A program made the translations under genes and the position numbers. A stretch of 62,288 nt of DNA, the filler included, from Pirum gemmata (Eukaryota): NCBI GenBank assembly GCA_002812295.1. It is 18 parts of 18 records of this genome, joined end to end, with 100 filler letters (N's around TTAATTAATTAA, not from the genome) between each part and the next. Parts side by side here need not be neighbours in the genome. Positions count along the whole stretch, not along the records: positions 12,559 to 18,474 come from PDIN01003914.1; positions 18,575 to 21,562 come from PDIN01003915.1; positions 21,663 to 24,607 come from PDIN01003916.1; positions 24,708 to 27,647 come from PDIN01003917.1; 14 more parts are not named here. One strand, written 5' to 3'. The notes beneath the pieces are model-generated. The model was not told the origin of the DNA and did no database searches. It worked only from the letters and a program-made list of their open reading frames with translations. Shown piece by piece: positions 14,177-26,189 of the stretch. Within the stretch, counting starts at the first letter, position 1, and the number at the start of each line of letters is the position of its first letter.

Positions 14177-15206
14177 CTACTTTTCGTTAACAAACGAAAA
14201 ATTATCAAGAAGGTCATCGAGAGTATTACTTTTTCTTTTCGATTGTTTATTAAGTGGTTTACTCGGGAGATCCATGACCCTGCGATTATCGTTGAGATTT
14301 CCCGATTGTTTCTTAATTTGCATAGTCGGGAAGCTGTGAATATCGTCGAGATTTTCCGATTGTTTATTAAGTTGTTTAGTTGGGAGATCCTTAACTGGTA
14401 TCGTTTCTGAAAGACTGTCTATTCCAGCAGGTCTGCTAAAAAATTCCAGCAGGTCTGCTAACTACTACGTGATCCCGAACTGGTATCGTTTCTGAAAGAC
14501 TGTCTATTCCAGCTGGTCTGGAAATTGTTCTTGGTTTTAAAACGGATTGCGCTCCAGTTTTAAAATTAGCGAAGTATGCCTTAACTTCAGGAGAGTCTAC
14601 AGGGAAACTTTGACCGTTAGGTAAGGTGACTGTATGTTTTACAACGGGGGCGCTTTGACCGTTAGGTAAGGTGACTGTATGTTTTACAACGGGGGCGCTG
14701 GGGGGTATTAAGGGTTGTATTCCAGCTGGTCTTGTCAGTAGAGGATCAGTTGGGTTTGGAACGGGTTGCGCTTTATTTTGGGCGTAGTATGCTTTAACTT
14801 CAGGAGAGTCTGTATAAATTTTACGGCCGCTAGGTAAGATGGTGAGTGGGGGTAGTCCGGGGCCAACTATTGGGGGTAGAACATACCGTGTTGGGTTTGC
14901 TGGTACCCGGGGGGGTAGTACCCGGGGGGGTAGTGGGGGTAGAAGATGTCCCGTTGGAAGGTGTTTCGTTGGAATGTTTGTAGGTATTTTTTTGCCGGTG
15001 AGTGAGGGTAGTACGCGGTCAGGTATTGGGGGTGGAACATGCTGTACTTCGATTACCCGGTGGGGTTGTGGGGGTGGTACTGGGGGTAGATGAGGTACCG
15101 TTGAAATGTCTTTCGTTAGAACTTTTAATTCTTTTGTGATCATGCCAATAGACGATGAATAAGCGACAGCGATAGTAGCCACTGTATACATAAATTGAAA
15201 CTTCAT
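14177..15206 (-). CDS. Secreted Pro-rich protein, copy B; 256 aa as assembled, about 340 aa if a 1-nt homopolymer frameshift is corrected
   Basis: Signal-peptide-like N-terminus and internal repeats (TVTLPNGQS, DSPEVKAY, SRPAGI). Removing one T from the T6 run (A6 at 14438-14443 on +) extends the frame SRPAGIDSLSETIPVKDLPTKQLNKQS...DDLLDNFSFVNEK* to 14177. Confidence 0.8.
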
Positions 15207-16140
15207 TTTACCTTATAATTTTGTATAATTATATCACAATGGATCGCTGTTAGTAATTTAATGTATATTATTATTATATTTCATAAAACTTTTAAATAAG
15301 TAGCACCGGTGTTTATATTATTATAATTATTATTATATTAAAATTATTATTTATGTTTATGATATTATTATGTTTATGATACAAAAAAATATATATTATT
15401 ATTATTATGAACTTTTTATAAATAATTATTTTTTTTTATTAATTATAAATTAAAATTCTGTTAATTAATAAGTTTTATAAAATTTTTAAATAAGTAGTGC
15501 CGGTATTTATATTATTTTATTTATGATTTTATTAAAATTATTTTTTATATAATATGTTTATGATAAAAAAAAAAATTATATTATTATTGTAAATTTTTTN
15601 AATAAGTCCAACCCTTTATTTTTATATTCGAAAATTTCAAATCTATCAAATACCTATTACAGTCTATTACATTACTTTTGTTTGAAAATTTTAATGGACT
15701 CAATTTTAAAAGCAACTATACCTCAGAGTATCTCAGCACGTTAGAAATGATATTATGTGATATACACTATTGATTATAATGGGGCTATGGTAACAAATAC
15801 ACTTGCAATGATAGTTTTTTAAATACGAAAATAACATCAACTAGTAATGGATAAAGAAATTCTTCCAGGAAACGCGCATTATTAAATACATATTATGATG
15901 AAAATAAGGAACGAGTTTTTAAATGGAAATATTTTTCTAATAATTGATATTAGTAGTACTTTTCAGTATAGCACTCTTATTTATAAACTATAGCTAGAGA
16001 GTAAGTATCTATATCTATCTGTTATTGAGCTTCTGACGTCGACATTAATAATAATAATTATGGATATTGTACATGTGTGCAAGTGTAAACAAGTCAGCTT
16101 GAATTATTGTGCTTTTCAGTTATTTTGTCATATGTTTAAG

Positions 16141-16845
16141 TGTTACTATATTTGGTATTTATATATACATATATGGCATGCATATATGTCATTATAGTTT
16201 GGCTGTTGTTGAAGTTTTTACTTGTTGGCTAGTGGTTTGACTGGCGAGAACTATTTTATATATAAACGTTTTTTGTAGGTATTGATTTTTGAAAAACTTA
16301 GTTTTTAGTTTTTAGTTTTTAAGTTTTGTTATTATTTAATATTTAGTTATTTACAAAAGCTATTTAAAAATAAACTTGCTTGTTAACTTATTATGATTGT
16401 ATTTATATATGTTTATGTATAATTTATTATTTATAGCATCCATCATGATTTGTTAGCAAAGCTAACAATTTAAATAGTAACTAATTGTAAGATAATTAGT
16501 TAAGTTAGATAAGTGTGATAGCTTGGTGTGTTGATTTAGGTTATGACGATTTGATGGTGATAGAGTAGTGTGTTTATACTTTTCATTGTTTATAAATGGT
16601 ATGTAATAGTGGTTTTATCTATTACATGTGTTGTTTTGGTATTGTTTATCGTTTATATAATCGTCGAAAAAGTCATTTCGTTTTAAAGATTGACTGATTG
16701 TGTTATCATTGTATTTGTTAGAGACTGTTAGAGTATAATTGTATTGTTGTGTTATTTTTGTATTGATTACATTATTAGTTGTGTTTAGCGTAAATAATGT
16801 TGGTATTTAGTCTTAGTGTTAGGCTCTTAGAGCTGTAAAAAAAAA

Positions 16846-16902
<57 letters not shown>

Positions 16903-18474
16903 GAAAAAAGTGAAAAAGTGAAAAAGTCTACCTGCTGTGAGAGGCTGTGAGTCTGTGACTCCTGAGTTTTTTGCGGAGTTGTAAGTTTTTCTAGTGTTCC
17001 TTTTAATCTAGTCTCTAATTTCGTCTTTTTTTTTTGTTTGTTTGTTTGGTGTTCCTTTTGGTGGTGCCGCACTGTGCCGCATAGTGTGGTTAGTTTATGG
17101 TTAACGTTGAATAAGGTTTGTAAGAAGGTTAAGTTAAGTGTTTGTGAACATGATATACCTGGTGGTAATTTATTGATGGGTTCAAATATTTATGAGAGTT
17201 TTAACTATAGTTTAGTTAATCTAGATCCGTTAGTCTTACAAACGGATAGTTGGTTGTATTGTGTTTCAGCGTATCCCATGTGGTGGGGATGTTAGTGAAA
17301 ACAACTTGGTTAATGGTGTAGTTGCTAGTGAAAGCAATGCAGTTGGTAATGTGGTTACTAGTGAAAGTAACGTAATTGCTAGTGAAAGCAAAGTAGTTGA
17401 TAATGTGGTTGTTGGTGAAAACAACTTGGTTAATGGTGTAGTTGCTAGTGAAAGCAATGCAGTTGGTAATGTGGTTACATGAAAGTAACATAATTGCTAG
17501 TGAAAGCAAAGTAGTTGATAATGTGGTTGTTGGTGAAAACAACTTGGTTAATGGTGTAGTTACTAGTGAAAGCAATGTAGTTGGTAATGTGGTTACTAGT
17601 GAAAGTAACGTAATTGCTAGTGAAAGCAAAGTAGTTGATAATGTGGTCGTTGGTGAAAACAACTTGGTTAATGTGGGTGTTACTAGTGAGAGTAATACTG
17701 TTTTAGTGGGCAATGATGTGTTAAATATTCATTCTAAGTTTTTTCATGTGGGAAAGGCTAAGATGCTTGGATGGGCTAAAATCTTGATGTATTGTGTTTA
17801 ATACTGAGTGGTATTAGTGTTTGTTTTGATACTGAGGGGTGTCAAACTGTAAATAGGCTTGTGTAAGTCCTATGTATATAAGGCGAGTGTAAGTCCTTTG
17901 TGTGTATGGTATTGTGTGATATCAGATTGTTTGTATGTTACTGTGTGGTAACAAGTCTATAAGTTTGGAAAAGGCTTTGTTTTACCTTCTGATGAAGTGG
18001 TAAAAGATTATTATATAAATTGTTTGTTGATAATAAGAGTTTTAGTTCGAGGATTAGTAGACTTTGAGCTGGTATTCACTTGCTAAATGATTTAGAATAT
18101 CAGGAGTCATGGTTGTTGGCTTATGCTGACATTTAGTTTGTTTAATTAATACTTTGTATTAAAGGTGGAGATGTTGAGGTGTTACTAATATATACATATA
18201 TGGAATGTATATATGTTATTATAGTTTGGCCGTTGTTGAAGTTTTTACTTGTTGGCTAGTAGTGGTTTGACTAGCGAGAGCTATTTTATATATAAGCGTT
18301 TTTTGTAGTTATGTATTGATTTTTGAAAAAGTTAGTTTTTAGTTTTTAGCTTTTAATTAAGTTTTGTTATTATTCTATATTTAGTTATTTACAAAAGCTA
18401 TTTAAATAAACTTGCTTGTTAACTTATTATGATTGTATTTATATATGTTTATGTATAATTTATTATTTATAGTC
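16141..18474 (+). mobile_element. Probable decayed mobile element with about 300-bp direct repeats (16141-16436 and 18180-18474) and a degenerate internal ORF
   Basis: The two segments align closely (ATATATACATATATGG..TTATAGTTTGGC..GTTGAAGTTTTTACTTGTTGGCTAGT..). The internal GT-rich region has interrupted ORFs, including IHSKFFHVGKAKM, weakly like an integrase Zn-finger HH half. Confidence 0.45.
17297..17700 (+). repeat. 120-bp coding-type tandem repeat, about 3.4 copies (40 aa: ENNLVNGVVASESNAVGNVVTSESNVIASESKVVDNVVVG)
   Basis: Units start at 17297, 17417, 17535 and 17655; the second unit has a 2-nt deletion near 17479 that shifts the frame. Confidence 0.9.
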
Positions 18475-21400
18475 NNNNNNNNNNNNNNNNNNNNNNNNNN
18501 NNNNNNNNNNNNNNNNNNTTAATTAATTAANNNNNNNNNNNNNNNNNNNNNNNNNNNNNNNNNNNNNNNNNNNNAAGCTTGAAAAAAAATCTAGCTATGC
18601 ATAGTAGACTGGCTATCATAGTAGGCGGGGTCTAGTTTAGGCTATAGCCAGGTAGTCTAGTTAGGCCAGCTTTTAGGCCTATCTACTAAGTCTCTACTAG
18701 CTAGTAGTAGTCTAGTAGTAGCTCAGCGCAGAGTAGTAGCTACTTAGTCTACTAGCTAGCTATTGCCTGGTGGGTGGAACTACTTTTTTTTTTTGCTACT
18801 AGGTGACTAAGTCTAGTCTAGAAAATTGCTGCGGAGTGCAGAGTCTGCAGACGCAGGAAATTTTGAAGGAAAAAAAAAAAAAAAAAAAAAAAAAAGATCA
18901 TCAACGGGCAACATAGACTCGTAGTCCTAGTAGCTAGCTAGCTACCGGTCTACTACTAGAGCTAGATACAACCGCCTCCGTAATAATAATAGCAACTAAC
19001 AAGAGATTACCTTTTAGAAGACCTCCTTTTTGTTATCATACATGATATTTATTTTTACATTATCACAATAAATAGTCTACAGCACTTACACGGGTCCATT
19101 GGTTCAAATTGGTTGGTCTCGACGGTTAGAATGAAGCGTAAAAAGGGTTATTATTTATTATAATTACTAGAAATAATATATATATTATAACTTAGTATTG
19201 CCTGTTAGGGTCACTGTTGTTAGGGTTAGGTGACTTAGGTCCCACAAGTTAGGTCACAAATTAGGGAAGGATACCAACCAAGGGAACCCGCTAGATTTTT
19301 CATAATAATTATATAAATTAATGATTGTAGTATAATACCATATAATAACGATTATGAACAAGGCGATAGTTATGATTAACAAGAGGATAATATATATACT
19401 TTATTGAGCGAAATATAACAGTTGATCATCACCTTACTGAATATCTAATAACAGCTGGGAGAATACTGCATGAAACCGAAGAGCAAGATGAATATCGTCG
19501 ATGCTGTAGCTACTAATATAGCAATAGTATTAATTGATATTATCAGTATTTACCTTACTAAATAATAGTTGACAGTTGAGAGTATACACATAATATATAC
19601 CACTTGGGAGGGGAGGGGGGGTCAGTTGAACTTTCGAGTGAGCGACAATGGTGACAATAACGATTGCGAATATAAGACGATAATTATGATAAGCAAGAAG
19701 AATAATATACAGCTTCTACGTTATATACTAGTCTTATTAATTAATCGATGATAATATTATATTAGTTGTAGGATTGACCTTATTGAATTACAGTTGGGAG
19801 AATTAATGCTACATGAAACCGAAGGAACAACTTGAGAATTTTCGAGCGAGTGATAATGATAATAGGAATGACGATAGCTGTAATGTACAAGAAGGATGAT
19901 TTGAGATTTGATACTGAAACTAGCTATAGCTAGCACTTTTACAACTTCAGATTATTGATTTATGCGCGTGAAAGGAGGGAGCAAGGGAATAGCTGAATTT
20001 TCGAGTGAGTAATATTAATACTGATGATAGTAATTAAATTTTAATGATTATTAACAAGATAATAAATAATAATATTAATGATGTACAAGAAGGCTTAATA
20101 CGATTTTACAAAGCAGGTATGAGTTTTTATGTGAAAACATTAAGTATTTGAGGTACAAAACTCAAACTTGCACCGTGATTGATTCAGAAAACGACGTGAC
20201 TGTCTCTAATAATAACGAAAATAAGAATAATAATAACGAAAATAAGAATGCTGTAACTTCGAATTCTATTAGTATTATTGATACTATTAGGGTTGGTCTT
20301 ACTGAATGACAGATGGAAGTATGCTACTTAAATTAATATTTTGAATTATTATTGTTATTACGAAATGATATTTTAAATTATTATTATTATATTTTTGTTG
20401 TTTATAAGTGGCAATTGTAAATATAGTAGTATATTGTAAATATAGTAGTATATGCTACAATGAAGTAATAACGAGAAAAATTGTAACAAGCTCTAGAGAA
20501 ATTGTGCCTTTGACAAAAAGAACGCTAACGCTAATAACGCTTACCGCTTACCGCCAACCCTATAACCTACCCAGGCTATCCCTACCCTAACCCCCAACCC
20601 AGACTAACCCCAACCCTAACCCTAACCCTAATTTATACAACCCTAACCCTAACCCCGGACCCAACTAAACAAAAACATTTGTATACATAAAATTATAAAC
20701 AAACAAACAAACAAACTCAAGCTAACTATAATGATTCTTAATTTCTTAATTTCATTTCTATAACAAAAATATTGTATAATATTTTTAATGAACATCATAA
20801 GGTCAAGTGTTAATGAGAAAAGGCGGATGAAGCCTTACGAATATCATTATGAATTTGTAAGTATAGAACATTCCAAGTGCTATTCATCTCAGGCTATTCT
20901 AATACCAAAGTGTGCCCTGTATGTGCAGAAACGGAAATTGTTGATTTTATCAAAAGCAATAGCTATAGGTTTATTCAGGATGTCAAGTACGAATGTTTGA
21001 AAAAGTATATTTTAGACCTCATAATATAAGGTAAATAGGTGTATTGATAAACTTTAAAACCCACGTTTTGTAAATATGATTATTCCAATTAAAAGATAAA
21101 GAAATTAGAATGTTCAGACCGGGTTAAAAAAAAATATAGCTTTATTGACTCTTTATTTCCTCTTTTATTATGTCATAGATGAAAAAAATTGCTTCCATTC
21201 TTGCTTTTTTTTGAGCTAAAATCGAAAAACCGAATTATTTACTTTACCAATGAAATAAAAAAAGAAGCGTGTTTGCCTATGCATTTGAAATTCACTAAAA
21301 AGAACAATTAGACTAACCCTAACCCTAACCCTAACCCAAAAACTGACCCTAGCCTTAGCATTGGCACTAGCATTAATCCTAATCCTAACCACCCTACCTA

Positions 21401-22959
21401 ACCAATTATATCATAAATACATGGTACTTCCATTCTTGCTTTTTTTTTGAGCTAAAATCGAAAAACCGAATTATTTACTTTACCAATAAAATAAAAAAAG
21501 AAGCGTGTTTGCCTATGCATTTGAAATTCACTAAAAAGAACAATTAGACTAACCCTAACCCTNNNNNNNNNNNNNNNNNNNNNNNNNNNNNNNNNNNNNN
21601 NNNNNNTTAATTAATTAANNNNNNNNNNNNNNNNNNNNNNNNNNNNNNNNNNNNNNNNNNNNAAATAAAATAAATAAAATAAAATAAAATAAAATAAAAT
21701 AAATAAATAAAATAAATAAATTTCAAGTTAAATACAGCTTCAAATACCCCCTATCTACCCACTCCTCGACGTTAATTTCCAGTCAAATACCACCTACATA
21801 CCTACCCCTTGACGTGACGTATTATTTAAAAACGCTCCTACTAAATAATCAAGGAGTTAAACTCCTTGAAATAATAGACTAATCCACACAGAAATAATCC
21901 ATTCAAAAACTGAAATAAATTATTATTATTAGACAAAGGAATTGAGATGGCAAAACATTATTACTTAAAATAGATATATATATATCCTTAAAATAGTAGT
22001 TTACTATATTAAGTGTTACTATTAATAGCTATAAGTTAACTTTTTATAGTAATTTAAGTCAAATTTTTAATTTTTGCTGTACCCTAGGTTGGTATTAGTA
22101 TTATGACGTCATGTCATCCCTATAGACTCAGCCTATAGACTACGAAAACAACTATCATAGGAACGCTGATTTCCGGCCGGTCAAGATACAGCTTCAAACA
22201 CCCCTATCTACCTACCCCTCGACGTTAATTTCCGGTCAAATGCCACCTACTTACCTACCCTTTGACGTGAGGTATTATTTGAACACCCTTATGTGACGTC
22301 ATTTTATTATTACCGAACAGCCGCCGGAACTTTTTCGATTTTTATATTTTATGGTTTTATTACTATTAATGTTAATATTATTACTTTAATTGATATCTAC
22401 TATAATTATATTTACTATTTAAGCTATTTTACTGCTATTATTAGTAAAGAACATGGAACTAAGGTTGGCTCGATAAGCATCTGTTCGAAAAAAGTTCCAA
22501 AAAAAAAAAAAAAAAACCATAAACAGACAAAGATAAACAGACATATCAAAAATGGAAATATTATTTTTTAAGTAAAAAGTAAACCAATACAATACCGGTA
22601 CCGATAATACAACAAAACAAATTGCCTATAAAAAGAACAATGACATTCAAAAAAGGCAATAAAATAAACATGCTAACTAAAAAAGGCAATAAAATAAACA
22701 TGCTAACTAAAAAAGGCAATAAAATAAAATTCTACCTCATTACTGTTGGTATTATTAGCATTACTATTAGTATTGGTATTACTGTTAGTATTTGTAGTAT
22801 TAGTATTAGTAACAGCAGCCACTGTAGTACACTAAAGGTGATATCAATATTAATATCAGGATGAGAATAACTACTACTCACCAGTTTTTGCGATCTTTGT
22901 TTGTTCGCGTGTTTGTTTGTGTGTTTGGTTTTTCTCAACACTACTACTATATCAAAAGC

Positions 22960-24360
22960 CAAACATAACAACGTTAACGATGACCTAACATTCTGCGCCT
23001 TTATTCAATGTCGACTCCCAACTAAAAAGTACATATTAATACACATACCACAAAGCATGAAACTAATTCTACATCTGTTACCACCAACTCAACAACAACT
23101 GAACTGCTTCAAGCACACTATGGCATATATGTTTATTCATAACAGCACACGTCTAATGATATTTGTCGATGATTAATATTACATTCTCAAAGGAAAAGAT
23201 AAAACAATCCTCAAACAGCTACAACAACGCTAACCACTCACTCAATCAGCAAACAGCCGACATAACAATAATCGGTATATTAATACAAATACACCGAACT
23301 GACCATCATACTATTCTCCATCAACAGAAGTACATCGAAACCATGCAACAAAAATACAAAATTGCAGATAACAACTACGTTATATTATAATCCTAACCCT
23401 AACCCTAACCCTAACCCTAACCCTAACCCTAACCCTAACCCTAACCCTAACCCTAACCCTAACCCTAACCCTAAACCTAACCCTAAACCTAACCCTAACC
23501 CTAACCCTAACCCTAACCCTAACCCCACAGACGGGGGCAATACGTCAAACAACACCGTACCAACCTCATCTACCGCTCACTACAATATGCAATCAATACT
23601 AAACAATGACTATATCAATATTACACTCATCAAACCACTGATCAACAGAAAATACATGTGCCAATTCATGTTCATTCTGATAGTTCTCTGGCGTGAACGG
23701 GTGTATATAATACACAGCTAAAACTACGTGTGGTTATTTAGTAAACACGTATGGACATCTCACAATAGTGGTTATTAAAACTACGTTTGGTTATTAATAT
23801 TTATAAAATAAATTATGGTCTGGGCATCTCACAACAATGAACACATTATACAAAGCAGTACAGAAGCGGAAATAATATCGACTGATTATTGTATTAATAT
23901 TATAATACACACTCAATATTTACATCAAATCACTACATCAACTACTTCAACACCACACACCACCTCGTATTAATACCCCATTACCTATTACAATATAATA
24001 TTAATGCGTAGATAATGACGCAGCACGAGCTATAGCAATGCAAAAAACATCACCCAGAAGCTTAAGGGTCAGTTATTGCGTATTATTATTATTATTGTAT
24101 TGATTAAGATTATGATAATATGATTATGATTATGATTATGATTATGATTATGATTATGATTATGATTATGATTATGATTATGATTATGATTATGATTATG
24201 ATCAACTTCTTCTTTATCAAGGAAAAAGTTAGCAACAACGTTAACGAGTATTAATACACCATTCACAATGCCAATAGTTTGCATAACACACAGTGACCTA
24301 TTCACTAAATCAATTCCTACACAAAGACATACCATATCAATGAAAAATTTCATGCACCCC
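22960..24360 (+). mobile_element. Degenerate Ty1/copia LTR-retrotransposon pol (RT plus RNase H)
   Basis: Motifs in copia order across shifting frames: YMFIHNSTRLMIFVDD (YVDD), IIGILIQIHR, ILHQQKYIETM (LSQ.KYI), YMCQFM, VWASH..IIQSSTEAEII (SSTEAEY), CVDNDAARAIA (CDNQSAIALA), HSDLFTKSIP (ADIFTK.L). Interrupted by (CCCTAA)n at 23388-23526 and (TTATGA)n at 24108-24202. Confidence 0.85.
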
Positions 24361-24450
24361 GAAGAAGAATCATCTTTTACTTTTATAATATATATATATA
24401 TTAATTTTAATAATAAACAACGTTCAACCTCAACACAAAATCATAATTAT

Positions 24451-24498
<48 letters not shown>

Positions 24499-24735
24499 TA
24501 CCATCATTACCATCATAATCATAATCATAATCATAATCATAATCAAAAATACTTCGTGTTGATAATCATAATCATAATTATAATTATAATTATAATTATA
24601 ATTATAANNNNNNNNNNNNNNNNNNNNNNNNNNNNNNNNNNNNNNNNNNNNTTAATTAATTAANNNNNNNNNNNNNNNNNNNNNNNNNNNNNNNNNNNNN
24701 NNNNNNNTTGTTGTTGTTGTTGTTGTTGTTGTAAA

Positions 24736-24769
<34 letters not shown>

Positions 24770-25348
24770 GGCGTTATCACCATTGTTTTTATCATTATTG
24801 ATATTATGATAATTATAATATTTTATTAATTAATGTTCTCGTAACTCAGACATCGAACATGGCAAAAACAAAAATGTGTATTATTAATAATAAAGTTGGC
24901 GTCAAGCAATTATATGCCAGTAATTTTTGTTTTTGCCATGTTCGAGACATGGCAACAACGTTTCTTCTAAGCTTTTTCCTCTTTTCAACTGTTCGAGCTT
25001 TCCCCACTTCACTAACGAATAAAAGGAAACCCACTTTTTTGGGTTTTATGTGGGGTTTTAAAACCACGTTTTTCTATAAATAATTAAATAAGGAGATTTT
25101 GTAAGTACTTTACCTAATTAACTGATTCTCTAATAATTTATAAAAAGTTGTCAAGACAATTAGAATAAAAAGCAGTGAAGTGTGGGGTTAACGATCGATA
25201 TCAGCCTTACCTGGATTTGCTCCACATAAAACTGACCGATTAGGATTTTTGGGGGGATACCAACATCAGCTTCTTTTTCATGACAACATTTATTAATTAA
25301 CATCAAACCCATTAAATGGAATTAATTCATGACCTGGGTTACAAGTGA

Positions 25349-25460
25349 GGTAATGTTGTAGAGGTCGAAGGTAATGTTGTTGAGGTCGAAGGTAATGTTG
25401 TTGAGGTCGAAGGTAATGTTGTTGAAGGTAGAAGGTAATGTTGTTGAAGGTAATGTTGTT
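25349..25460 (+). repeat. 21-bp tandem repeat (GAAGGTAATGTTGTTGAGGTC)
   Basis: About 5-6 copies, followed by TTTTTAGTTTTTAGTTTTTAAGTTTTGTTATTATT, which also occurs in the 16141/18180 direct repeats. Confidence 0.85.
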
Positions 25461-25569
25461 TTTAGTTTTTAGTTTTTAAGTTTTGTTATTATTTTATATT
25501 TAGTAAATAAATAATATGAAAACCATACTATTTGAGCTGAACAGAGATAATAATAACATTCAATAATAT

Positions 25570-25990
25570 CGTCTATTTTATTACAGTTGTCCTCTCAATC
25601 TTTAATTCGGTACTGTTTAAGTGTATAGTTTAACCCTAACCCTAACCCTAACCCTAACCCTAACCCTAACCCTAACCCTAACCCTAACCCTAACCCTAAC
25701 CCTAACCCTAACCCTAACNNNNNNNNNNNNNNNNNNNNNNNNNNNNNNNNNNNNNNNNNNNNNNNNNNNNNNNNNNNNNNNNNNNNNNNNNNNNNNNNNN
25801 NNNNNNNNNNNNNNNNNNNNNNNNNNNNNNNNNNNNNNNNNNNNNNNCCTAACCCTAACCCTAACCCTAACCCTAACCCTAACCCTAACCCTAACCCTAA
25901 CCCTAACCCTAACCCTAACCCTAACCCCAGCTCTAACCCTAACGCTGACGCTAATTGAACTTGTTTATAAAATATAAAATTAAAACATGT
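25570..25990 (+). repeat. Interspersed repeat family D interrupted by a (CCCTAA)n array at 25628-25953
   Basis: Flanks GTCCTCTCAATCTTTAATT.GGTACTGTTTAAGTGTATA and ATTGAACTTGTTTATAAAAT are contiguous in the copies at about 58575-58730 (+) and about 48268-48425 (-). Confidence 0.88.
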
Positions 25991-26189
25991 AATACTATTT
26001 GAACTTTATTATAAGAGTATATATTGTATTTAATAATATTTTAAAGTGTAAATTTAAATTACATAAGCGTTTATCTTTATTATTATTATTATAAAAACTA
26101 TATATAATTATTATAATTCTTTACCCTCATTTTACTCGCATTTTTCGTTTTTATTAGTTAAAAAAAAAAATTGTAATTCAAATTTAAAT

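Noticed and set aside
20788..21300. Possible transposase Cys-rich C-terminus
   Set aside because: Cys/His spacing could not be matched to any family with confidence.
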